A program made the position numbers and the translations under genes. Of a stretch of 64,000 bases of DNA, positions 25,918-37,835 are shown one piece after another (position 1 is the stretch's first letter; each line of letters opens with the position of its first letter). This stretch comes from Mytilus edulis (taxonomy: Eukaryota): the NCBI RefSeq assembly GCF_963676685.1, contig NC_092347.1:3472001-3536000 (forward strand). The letters run 5' to 3'. The notes under the pieces are model-generated. The model was given only the letters and a program-made list of their open reading frames with translations, did not search any database and was not told the DNA's origin.

Positions 25918-27406
25918 TCATATCAAAATATTTATAAAGCCAAACAATTACAAAGTTGAAGAGAATTGAGTATCCAAAATTCCAAAAAGTTGTGCCATAC
26001 GGCTAAGTCTGTTGAAATTGGTTCAATGAACGATTCAATATAAATTAAACTTAAAATTCCATTATATATTTGCTCATTTTTACATCAATGGAATTTCAAA
26101 TATTATGTAAATAATCTGTAATTTGCTAGAAATTCCCAATGTTTACAATGAAACAGGTTTTACTGCACGTCATCCCAAATGATATGCACTATACTCTCCA
26201 TGGTTAAACCAAAGAGGTTATCAAGTCAATTTCTTGTATTACTTCTATGCACATTTAAGAATTTGTTCCAAAAATTTAGTATTAAAGATTATTTAACATG
26301 CGTAAAAATGATGGGGACAGTACACAATTGGTGGCCTTCGGCTGTTGTCCGCTCTATGGTCGGGTTGTTGTCGCTTTGACACATTCCCCATTTTCTTTTT
26401 CAATTTTAAGTCTTTAATTTATTTATTTCGTTACTTCAATGGAAATCTATTAATATTGTGTAAAGCTACTTGAATGAATTTAGTAACTATGCACCGACTT
26501 TTTTTGTTAGATTTGAAAAATTTCCAGTACATAAAGTCCGAAAAAAACCAAACCGACTGGGAATTTTCTCTCTGGCGTGATCGTCATGTATTTTTGTAAA
26601 CCAATCACAATAACAATATTTACATATAATAGTTTGATTGCTGCTATACACTGGGAATGTTCTTTGAAATCATTAAAGTGCTTCAATATCAACATGATGG
26701 TTAAGACCGATTGGTTGCTTCCGTTGAGGTAGGGACAATTTTATAATTGCATTAACGCGAAACAAAATCTCATTCTGGAAACATGATATATTATATATAA
26801 TAGATAAAAACCACGTTTGATTTGCAGATTTAAGTTGATACAATCAAATTATAAAAAAAATTCATCCTATTTTATGTTGTAACATTTACAATACCGATGT
26901 TAAGTTTTATTTAAATGTTAACATTGCACTTCTGGAATTATTTTTTCCAATAGTCAAGTGAGCGTGTCACTGTCACGTGACTCTAACAAGGAAGTTAAAT
27001 AATATCACAAGAGAATATTGTTTATCATAAATGAAAGTAAATTTTTATGTTATGTTTGCACCCTAAATTCGAAATTGCTTTTAGACGTAGCAACCTTACG
27101 CGAGATGAGTCACTTGTCTTGTTCCTGTAGTTGGTGGCCTAGCTAACATGCATGTTGTTGACATGAAAAGGAGCTAAAATTTCAACAAAGTACTTGATTA
27201 CCGAATGCTAAGTAAGTTATTTTTATTAATATTTATACAAATTTGCTTACATTTAAGTTTTGGCTTGATCATCAGATGAACGTTTGTATAAGGTCTTAAA
27301 CACCGCCGAAGATACATTAATTATCGACCTGCTCAGCTAGTGCAGTAAAATAAGCACCGTTTATTTTATCAAATTAAAATATTACGCTTCTTTTTCTGTT
27401 TCACAG

Positions 27407-29904
27407 GTATCATGCTGTCTTTGAGATTTACAGTATTTTGCTGTGGTGGCAGATTTCAATCCAGAAGATCGGCTGTTGTAAGTGTTGTTGTATTTTCCAC
27501 AGACGTTTTAGCATGATACGGATTTTGAAACAAAAATTGCTGTTAAAATATTAAATTTTCTATTTTTATACCATCTATCCATTATTACTGCGCATGTTTA
27601 ACCTAGTTTTGAGTGAATTAACTTACTCTGATACACCCCCTCAGGTCACGGTTTTGTACTTTATGAGAGTTCAAAGGCAAATCTTCTCATTGATCATGTT
27701 GATAACGGAGTACATGAATTATTTCATTACGGACCATAGACGCTTGGGGAATGTAACCCCTATTTCTGAATCTGTTTGTTTGTTTGTTAATTTTTATTAA
27801 ATTAACTCTCTTTAATATTCCAACCTATGTTTTAGAATGCCCCTCGATCTATTCTCATTTTCTACGTACATGTATAAGAATAAAGAATAAAGAATAAAAT
27901 TGTTTATTATAGTGTCACATATTGATTGAAACAAGGCATTCACACAATATTCATATACACACAAACAACAATCAATATCCAGCCGAAAAATGACTTATGA
28001 GACACTGATAACCAAAATATATACAAAAATATACTAAAACTTGTAAATAATCTCATCAAAGTTAAATCAAATGGGACAAGTCACTTTACTTTACTTTATA
28101 AACTAATATATTTTGGATAAGAGCAAGAAAATATCAAATGCGTGAAAAAAGGTTGAAATAAAAAAAAATTCTGAGTAAAAATTGAAATATTTAGAAAAAG
28201 GAGTTACACATGTTACATATGCGCCTGTTTTACGCAAGACGTGATAATTCTAACTTGCGTATAATATCAGTGTCACCCAAATGCAGATGGATTATAATTT
28301 CCCTGAGCGGTCTATTGCTATTTCTTTCCCTTTTTTAATTAAAAATGCTCCCTACTACCTCCGTCAAACTATTAAATTTTGATAGCAGTGGTTGTCGTTT
28401 GTTTATGTGTGACATATTTGTTTTTCGTTCATTTTTTTTTATATAAATAAGGCCGTTAGTTTTCTCGTTTTGAATTGTTTTACATCATATCGGGGCCTTT
28501 TATGGCTGACTATGCGGTATGGGCTTTGCTCAGTGTTGAAGGCCATACGGTGACCTATAGTTTTTAATGTCTGTGTCATTTTGCTCTCTTGTGGACAGTT
28601 GTCTCTTTGGCAATCATACCACATCTTCTTTTTTTTATATATATTAAATAAAAGGCCAGAATAAGGATACATTTCTTTCCATTGTAGATGCGTTATCCTG
28701 CAGGCTAGAAATTACTCCGAGTCCGTTATTTGGAGAAGATGTGAATATAACAGCATATGTATCAGAAGTCACTCATAATATTGGAATTCGTTGGTCTAGA
28801 AGGGACTTTAACACTGAACGTCACAATGAAGATCAAAATTTGATGTTCTATGGGTTACCTTTTAAGAGCGAGTTTAAACATAAATTCACAGAGCTGATAG
28901 GATCACATACCTTCACTCTCACCATACACAATCTGACACATACAGATGTAAATAAGACGTACAAATTGTCGTATGGAATTGATGCTTGTGAAGTGAATCT
29001 TACTTTTGTTCATGTACCTATGAAAAATGGTAAATTAAATTGCTAACTTAAATAGGTTTATCAGATAGATGTCCACACTATTCAAAAGATAAACACATTG
29101 TATCAAATATCATTGTATGGAAACATTAAAAGGGTATGAATATATTCATATTACATTTCATGTTTATATACTAGGAAAATGGTTAAACTAGTAATATTAG
29201 TATAGTAATTATTTTAGTTCAGTAAACATGAATAAACAGTTTTAATTGATCAGTTAGTAAGGATGTTGATTTTTTATAACGTATATACAACAATTTATGA
29301 CAAGTATATACTATTTACTTTCCAGACCAGTCTGCTGAAAGGAGTAGACCATTCAAAGTTACAATGATTACTGGTATCATAGCAACTACTGGAACAGTTT
29401 TATGCTCAGTTTTGGTATTGCTTGTAATCGTGAAAATCTGTAGAAGAAAAAGGCACGAAAGAAGTAGACGAAAGAGCAAGATAGATGGTAATTGAACATA
29501 TTCCTACCAATTGCATTTTACTGAGTTTATATTTATGTTTGACAGTTATTTGAAATTCATAATCAACAAACACATTTTAAATTAACACTGAAAATTTGTA
29601 GTGCCTCTATTGATATTGATCTTGGGTGTCCAAACTGAAGAATGCAGACCCATTACGTTATATAGATAACGTAAATCTTGGTAAATCGTATATTTTATTT
29701 TACATACATGTAACTTGCTCAGTAAATATCGTTGTTATAGAATGATTAAAAAAAGACGTTGCACAGTGGCTATAAATAGTAGTTATTTTTATTTTTTGTG
29801 TTATCATTCATGATAATTTCAATTTTTTTTTTTATTATTTTCTTTCTCAAGATCCACTCACTGAAGATGTAGCTGTACATGAACCAATGGTAACAGAAAC
29901 GTAG
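27407..29904 (+). CDS. Atypical single-Ig type I membrane protein with short tail (exons 27407-27477, 28688-29029, 29326-29487, 29852-29904; start codon unresolved)
   Basis: Phase-1 GT-AG introns join a hydrophobic leader exon, an Ig-like exon (FGEDVNITA..IRWSR..FTLTIHNLTHTDVNKTYKL), a TM exon (MITGIIATTGTVLCSVLVLLVIV followed by KICRRKR) and a last exon DPLTEDVAVHEPMVTET*. No in-frame ATG found for the leader exon. Confidence 0.7.
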
Positions 29905-31294
29905 CATCGACTAATTTGATCGCCTTGGCCAGTTTGTAAGAAGACCACAAAGTGTTCAAGTAAAATCCTAGACACATGCACAGGATGATTTCTGGGACAT
30001 ACATGTGCTTCCAACGTTATATTGAACCTTTGTATATGTAAATAATCACATTAAGTAGACTTTACTTGCCTAATATATAACTTTGGTATTTCACTGATTT
30101 CGTTATGCTATTGAGCTATACAAAACTATAATATTATAAGACTATTTTAATGTTCGTACGTCTACTTTCGTACTGCTTCATGAATAATTGACTTTTAAAT
30201 GGACGAGATAAAATCAAAATTTGGGGTATGATTTATGCTGGACCTATAATTGTTGACTTTTCATACATTGTAACATTGATGGAGAGTTGTCGTATTGGTC
30301 CTCATACTACATCTTCTTATTTATAATGAAATGTTGGGCATACATTTTTATATATTTGATTTTTTGAATGCATTTTAAAGGCATTTTGTTATTGATCTAT
30401 TATTTATTTATTTGACCAATCAATCAATCAATCAACTTAATCAATCAATCAATTGTCTCCTTTTTTGTAATATAGCAAGTTATTTTCACATTAATGACAT
30501 AAAAAATACAAATAAAAAATGTAGGTTATGAAAGGTTTTAGTATCTTTGAATAGTTCAGGGAATATTAGTTTCATTTTCAATTAAAAATTCCAAACATTT
30601 TTGAGGAACTAATTATATCTGAATTTTATTGTTTTTTATATGTTTTTATTTGTCTGAAAATACCAGACTTTGTAATTTGGTATTATACTGGAATTCAGGC
30701 GCTATTTTTAATGAACAAAATTTCCAATTTTTTTATAATAATTAGGAAATAATTAGGAAATAAGGAATATGTTTTTAGGTTTTGAATTTGGATTTATTGT
30801 AAAATTTCAAAACATGTAGCATTTAATTATACATTATTTACATAATCATAAGAAATTGATATGTTAATGTAATTTTGTTTAGCTGAACAAACGTTTTTTT
30901 CTTGAAGGTTTATATAATGTTATATATTAATATTTATTTTGAGTGTTTTTAAATGAACTAGTCAGATTTTATAATTATTACTGTCAGCTGGTTTTCCACA
31001 GCCCTCATCTCAAGCAGATTCAGCATAGACGTTGAAAATATATGCTAGATTTATATTCTTATCAGTATAATGCCCCCCTCTCAAGTAGCGGTGGCGGCAT
31101 TACATTTTATCCCTTGTCCCGTACGTCCTTGTACGTCCCGAAACTGTTCTGGTAATAGAGTTTTCCTCAACCAAATGTAATAAAACTTATGCACAATGTT
31201 TATAATCATAAAACTAAAATCCGATCAAATACAAATCTGGGTAGCGTAGCATTTACCGTCCTTTGATTATAGCCCTTTATACATTATACATGTC

Positions 31295-32488
31295 CAATGA
31301 CCACTGCCCTTTTCTCGATCTTGATATCTATATCACTAATAGAAAGCTGAATACTAAAATTTATGATAAAAGGGATAATTTTTCATTTCCTATCGTTAAT
31401 TATCCGTTTTTAGATGGTGACGTTCCCTTGTCACCATCTTACGGTGTTTATATATCTCAACTTGTACGATTCGCTCTTGTATGTAACAATGTTTTAGATT
31501 TTAACGAGAGAAAATTATGTATTACTGAAAAATTATTACACCAGGGTTTTCGATATCACAAACTAGTCAAAACATTTACTAAATTTTATCATCGGTATAA
31601 AGACATCATTCGTAAATATAGCTCAACATGCAGACTTCTAATACGTTCAGGTATTTCACATCCAATTTTTTATGGTAATATTCTTTATAAAGCACAAAGG
31701 TGTCAGTATTCACCTCAGAAACTTACAAAACCTTTGAATAGACTTATTAAGAAGGGATATAATTACGATACTGTTGTCAAGTCATTAAAGATTGCATATT
31801 TTGGCGTTAATATTGAGTCACTGATAAGGTCTTTGCATCGGAACTAAACACATTATTTTTTTTAAAAACAGTTGTTGGCATGACACGGGTTATGTTCTTC
31901 TCATATATGTTATCATGGTATGCTACTAAACCCCTAACGGGAAGGATTGTGCCTGATGTTCATATGATGAAATCATAATCTTTCAGTCAGTTTAATTGAA
32001 GTCTGGAGCTGGCATGTCAGTTAACTGCTAGTAGTCTGTTGTTATTTATGTATTATTGTCATTTTGTTTATTTTCTTTGGTTACATCTTCTGACATCAGA
32101 CTCGGATTTCTCTTGAACTGAATTTTAATGTGCGTATTGTTATGCGTTTACTTTACTACATTGGTTAGAGGTATAGGGGGAGGGTTGAGATCTCACAAAC
32201 ATGTTTAACCCCGCCGCATTTTTGCGCCTGTCCCAAGTCAGGAGCCTCTGGCCTTTGTTAGTCTTGTATTATTTTAATTTTAGTTTCTTGTGTACAATTT
32301 GGAAATTAGTATGGCGTTCATTATCACTGGACTAGTATATATTTGTTTAGGGGCCAGCTGAAGAACGCCTCCGGGTGCGGGAATTTCTCGCTACATTGAA
32401 GACCTGTTGGTGACCCTCTGCTGTTGTTTTTTATTTGGTCGGGTTGTTGTCTCTTTGACACATTCCCCATTTCCATTCTCAATTTTAT
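31295..32488 (+). mobile_element. 5'-truncated Penelope-like element: open RT C-terminus (to 31847) plus 3' non-coding tail
   Basis: FLDLDI..LNTKIYDKRDNFSFPIVNYPFL..VP..SYGVYISQLVRFA..C..DFNER..KLLHQGF is the PLE RT/thumb pattern. The ORF ends with no GIY-YIG domain after it. Confidence 0.8.
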
Positions 32489-33859
32489 GTATACGGAGGT
32501 ATCATCTGTGTCCCATGTTAACATTCCGCATTTATTTGCTATTATTGGCTGTGTTTTATTTCTTTAACGTGACTTCAATTTATCTCCGAAATATATATAC
32601 ACACATGCTTATTATATTTCATCTTTTGATAGTTGAGTTTATGATTATGTCCGTTTTATTTAGGTAATAAATCTCAGGTATCTTGTTTCCTGGAACCAAC
32701 TTAATTCCCGCTTTAAGAATATTGTAAATGTGAAAATTTTGTTGCGGTATCAATACTTTACAAAAACATATTGTAATTAATAAACGCTCAAGGGTCCTTA
32801 AAACATTGCTTAAGAGATCTGAATTTGTGTGTTATTAACTAGCAAGATGTGGGTTCGTAAAAATCAACACTGCCATTTTGCGATGTAGTTAGATTCTTGA
32901 AGGTAAGAACATTTAGTGAAAACTAAATTATAAAAAATGTCAAACAGACTTAGTTTCGCCCCATAAGATGTTATTGATACTGCCGACAGCTCAAACAATA
33001 TTTTTTGTTATTTGTTTCTTTCAATTTTTCCTTTTTTATTGTTAGTTTCATGTCCAATGGATTTATGCATGCTCATAGTATAATATATAATTTTATATTG
33101 TAGTCATTTGTTTGTTTGTTTTTCTTGTGTATTTACCATATTAATAAAATGTACCAAATAAAGTATGTTTATATTAGATCATCTTCAACCATATGCATTT
33201 TAAAAGGGTATGGCATCTTTGATAGTAATTTAAAAAATGTAATCTTTTATTTATGATCTCGATTAAATTGTATTATTTTATCAGCATTTAATGGACAAAT
33301 TGTCGAGTTAATGAACACAAAAATAAGCATGTGTCTTCAGTTGCTAAAATTTGCGCTTTACTGGTAAAATGGCCTTTTAAAAATTCATTCTTATAATCTT
33401 GATAACCTTTTTAATTTGCTGTTTATTTGTTTATTTTTCGTTATTTTTTTATATTTAACTATACTGTTTTTATCCTTTTTACAAATATTAACTTTTATAG
33501 CTATTAAAATCATGCAGGTAAGCAAAAAGTCAGTTTCCTCGTCAGAGTTTACCTAGTATTACCGATATATATGATATATTTTATCTAACAATTTGTTAGT
33601 TGGAGTCTATTTTTGACGATATCTGTTCTTCTTCCAAGGTATTGTTCATTTAAGAGAACGACGACAAATGCGTGTGAATTTGAATAGCTTGTATTCAGCA
33701 AAATAAATTTGTTTCTTTTTTGTCAGTTTTGACTAATAAATGATAATGTATCTTACGTGTATATACATTTATAAAATGTAATCCATTTTTTTCCATAGAG
33801 TAAAATCATTCGTTTGGTATGTTTTCCTATGCATTACTGTAAGTTGTAATGAGAAGCAG

Positions 33860-33960
33860 ACGACAGACGAACGAACGGACGAACGAGTGGACGGACGAAC
33901 GGGTGCACAGAACAAACAAACATAATGCCTCTCTACTATCGTAGGTGTGGCACAACAATT
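33860..33960 (+). repeat. GACG/ACGA microsatellite plus terminal hairpin (HINE-like 3' end)
   Basis: gacagacgaacgaacggacg... followed by atgcctctctactatcgtaggtgtggcac. Confidence 0.5.
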
Positions 33961-34120
33961 GAAATGCTTAGCGATTGTTGTCAGCCAATCAAAGTACGAT
34001 TTATTCTGTAGCAAACATGTTAGTAATGTTAGTAATATAAATATTTTTTAATGAAAACAGTATTGTCATTTCATCGTAAGCTCCATATGTTATATTTGTA
34101 TTAACTCTTTATTGTCCATC

Positions 34121-37100
34121 TTATGGATAACCGTCTACTCCACTACAATGTTCCAAACAGTCGCATGCAAACTTTTGCCACACACATCTGGAATCACCTA
34201 CAGGTTCACATATACCTATTGAAAACAACAATAATACATATGTGAATAATGAAATGTTCATTTGGTACCTATTTGCACCACTGTGTCAATGCCACTGCTG
34301 GTGGACATGTCGTGCCCGAGGGTATCACCAGCTCAGTAGTCAGCACTTAGGTATTGACATACATATCAATTATATGGTAATTTTTATAAACTTCCTCTGA
34401 AATTTTTGAATTTTTTGGAATTCTAAGGCTTTTCTATCTCAGGCATAGATTACCTTAGCTGTATTTGGCAAAACTTTTACTTTAGGAATTTTGGTTCTCA
34501 ATGCTCTTCAACTTCGTACTTTATTTGGCCTTTTAAACTTTTTTGGATTCGAGCGTCCCTGATGAGTCTTTTGTAGACGAAACGCGCGTATGGCGTATAT
34601 ACTAAATTTAGTCATGGTATCTATGATGAGTTTATTTACAAAACTTAGAATTTTTCGAAAAACTAAGGATTTTCTTATCCCAGGAATAGATTACTTTAGC
34701 CGTATTTGGCATAACTTTTTTGAATTTGGGACCTCAATGCTTTTCAATTTTTTACGTGTTTGGCTTTTCGACTATTTTGATCTGAGCGTCACTGATGAGT
34801 CTTATGTAGACGAAACGCGCGTCTGGCATATTAAATTATAATCCTGGTACCTTTGATAACTATCATTTTGCAGATGTATCCTTATACAATATACCTCCGA
34901 TTAAGCATTAAATCATTGCGGCAAGTTGATTTTGTATTATTTTATTTTTACTTTGCATACAACAGGGGTATACAAAACAATTTTGTCAGCAGTGACTAGC
35001 CATGAAACTAATAAAATGAAATTAATCAATCATAGCTGCAAAAACATACAACACATCTGTGCCATACATTAGTTTTAGAATATAATAAACCATTAAAATA
35101 CAAGTAGATAGGTATTGTAAAGAAGAATGACAACTTGAAAAGAGACAGTATGTTTGATAATGAGATCAATTTTGCCAAGAAACAAGACACAATTTCCGTG
35201 TGATAAAATATATTTGAGTAAGATATGTAAGACCATATTCAAACAAACAAATACATATATATATTTTAATAGACCTTTGAAATGATGTGCATCACGCCCT
35301 GTTTATTTTTGTAATTACATTTGTCATGTTCAACTAAATCTGATTTTTGTGTGTGTCTGAAATGTATAAAAGAAGAAAACAATACCTGGATGACCAATGG
35401 CATGGCCTGCTGGTGTTTGTCCAGGTTGCCAAGTACAATTAGGATCCCCGAGTTCTTCACCATTTGACTTTCCATCTTTATCGGAATCCATTTTGCAAAG
35501 CGCTTCATTCCATACATGTCCATTCGCTCTAAACCCCTACGGTAAAATACGTTTATGATGTAGGATCCTGCCTATTTCTTCAATAAAAGCTGTTCTCAAA
35601 CACTTTTATGTAGCGCCTTATATTCTACGGACACTTAATTGGTGGAACTTTATATCATCGGGTCCATATGGTTATTCTGATTATGTCACTTGATAATAAG
35701 TTACTTGTAAATGGGATAATTTGATTTTGCTTTACAGAAGAATCTATAATTGACAATTCATTTCTGGAAGGTTAAAACTAACTAAAAGTTATCAAAATCG
35801 TAACACAATATTTGACACTTTATGTAAAGTGTCTGAATTAAATATATCTTCTTTGGTAAAGTTTAAGTACAGTTTTATTACTTAGCAAATTGTAAATCAG
35901 TACAGCTTTAAAGTTGAAGAGGGAGATATAACACCAAAGACAAGCAAAGGTCCACAAATACGACGCAAGAAACCAAGTAATAACACCTAAGGGTGAACTA
36001 ATGATCATCAGTTTCTGCATTTTATTGAAATTCCTTCGTGTAATGCCTGTCAAAATGCAAAATGCAAAATGTTTCACAAATGATATCGGATATATTCCTT
36101 ACGTCGTAACTACAATCCCCTTCCCTTCCATGAATGTGACCTACCGAATTAGACTATTTACCGGATTTGTTATCACATAAGCAACACGACGGGTGGCACA
36201 TGTAGAGCAGGATCTGCTTACCCTTCCGGAGCACCTGAGATCACCCCTAGCTTTTGGTAGGGTTCGTGTTGTTTATTCTTTATTTTTCTATGTTATGTCA
36301 TGTGTACTATTGTTAGTCTGTTTGTCTTTTTTTATTTTTAGCCATGGCGTAGTCACTTTTCGCCATGGCGTAGTCAGTTTATTTTACTGTCCCTTTGGTA
36401 TCCTTCTTCCCTCTTTTATAATTCATCGATACCTGATTATAAGAAAACATACAAAAGCTAATTTGACGGCATCAGTAGTATAACGCTTTTGTAAAGCTAT
36501 AATTTTAAATCGATTGAAATAAATCCGGGTTACACATTAAAACCGAGGGTAACATCAATTATAAGAGAAAACAATGGAACAACAGAAACACAGATCATGA
36601 AATTCAACAAAAGCAAACACAACTATACATAAAAAAAGCGGACTATAATTTTTGATATTAACTGCCATATTCCTGACTTGGTACAGTACATTTTAAGAAA
36701 AAAATAGTGGCTTGAACTTAGTTTTGTGGGTAGCTTAACCCTTCGCTTATATAGCAATGTTAAAAAGCTCGATAAAATGACAACATTACACGACAAGGTG
36801 CAAACAAGCACAAGAACACTCAGCACAGAGAAAGCATACATAAATATTGAGCACAGTTTATAGCTTGCAATATATATTTGTATACAAACCATAAAAGTAA
36901 AATACAGGAAAAAAATAACGTTAAAGCATTACAATAACTAAACAGATAAACATATTTTTACCAAGTAGTGTTTTTGGGTTACTTTGATACGTGTTTTTAT
37001 CTTTTTACAGAAAAAGAGTAGAGATGTATGTAATGCTTGTTTAGTTGTGAATGGTTATCACTTTGATAATTAATAATTTTAAGCTTTAAAATGTTTAGTT

Positions 37101-37835
37101 CTTAGAGATTCAACAAATTGTTTTATGACGAAAGTATAGTATGATTTGAAGAAGACACTTACATTACTTCTTTTAGGAATACAATATAAAAAAGAAGATG
37201 TGGTATGATTGCCAATGAGACAACTATCCACAAAAGACCAAAATGACACAGACATTAACAACTATAGGTCACCGTACGACCTTCAACAATGAGCAAAGTC
37301 CATACCGCATAATAAGCTATAATAGGCCCCGATAAGACAATGTAAAACAATTCAAACGAGAAAACTAACGGCCTTATTTATGTAAAAAAATGAACGAAAA
37401 ACAAATATGTAACACATAAACAAACGACAACCACTGAATTACAGGCTCCTGACTTGGGACAGGCACCTACATAAATTATGTGGCGGGGTTAAACATGTTA
37501 GCGGAATCCCAACCTGGGACAGTGGTATAACAGTACATGTATAACATAAGAACGAACTATAAAAATCAGTTGAAAAAGGCTTAACTCATCAGATGGACAA
37601 AAAATACAAGTGGAAGTGGTCACTTTCATAACGTATTGTAAATGATACTTACATTGCCAAAGATATTTTTTAACTGTGTATGTTGAAATGGATTGAGATG
37701 TCCTACTGCATTCCAATATTGCGATGTTCCACACGAGTTGGGTACGGAGTGACCGTTTGGTATCCTGTCTCGGTATGTGCTGTGAGCAGATATTACATCG
37801 GCAATAGTGAGGATAATTATTATTTTATTCATCAT
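34121..37835 (-). CDS. Temptin-like secreted protein 1, 142 aa (exons 37653-37835, 35386-35536, 34121-34215)
   Basis: Signal peptide, then YRDRIPNG..VPNSC..W.AVGH..NIFG|GF.ANG..W...LCKMDSDKDGKSNGEELGDPNCTW.PG.TP....HPG|ICEP, the temptin-family signature. Introns are phase 0 and phase 1 GT-AG; the spliced frame is open. Confidence 0.9.
34553..34596 (+). ncRNA. Hammerhead ribozyme family X (first of tandem pair)
   Basis: GCGTCC-CTGATGA-GTCT(tttgt)AGAC-GAA-ACGCGCGT-A-TGGCGT; GUA cleavage triplet. Confidence 0.8.
34786..34829 (+). ncRNA. Hammerhead ribozyme family X (second of tandem pair)
   Basis: GCGTCA-CTGATGA-GTCT(tatgt)AGAC-GAA-ACGCGCGT-C-TGGCAT; GUC triplet, 233 nt downstream of the first. 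Confidence 0.85.
36070..36420 (+). mobile_element. 3' tail copy of the same PLE-type repeat as 8100-8445
   Basis: Collinear similarity to 8105-8445. Confidence 0.65.
37185..37612 (-). repeat. Abundant dispersed repeat (SINE-like or PLE tail); related copies at ~7545-7860, 23355-23690, 25200-25460, 28385-28640, 45655-45985
   Basis: Shared blocks: gttgtctcattggcaatcataccacatcttc, ggccgttagttttctcgtttgaattg, catgtttaaccccgcc. Confidence 0.75.

Larger units (their letters stand above)
34270..34865 (+). mobile_element. Retrozyme/PLE-terminal-repeat-like element with two tandem HHR units
   Basis: Two diverged ~233-bp units, each ending in a hammerhead. The same unit is seen dispersed at ~330, ~25850, ~55920 and ~57270. 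Confidence 0.7.

Noticed and set aside
34590-34841. Short ORFs inside dispersed repeats (also 8210-8455, 36193-36483, 47489-47719, 52546-52773, 56013-56225, 28439-28672)
   Set aside because: They lie in multi-copy non-coding repeat tails and frames are not preserved between copies.
35266-35523. ORF-track proteins 35266-35523 and 49148-49456 as real products
   Set aside because: Wrong frame; the temptin exon 2 frame is shifted relative to these ORFs.
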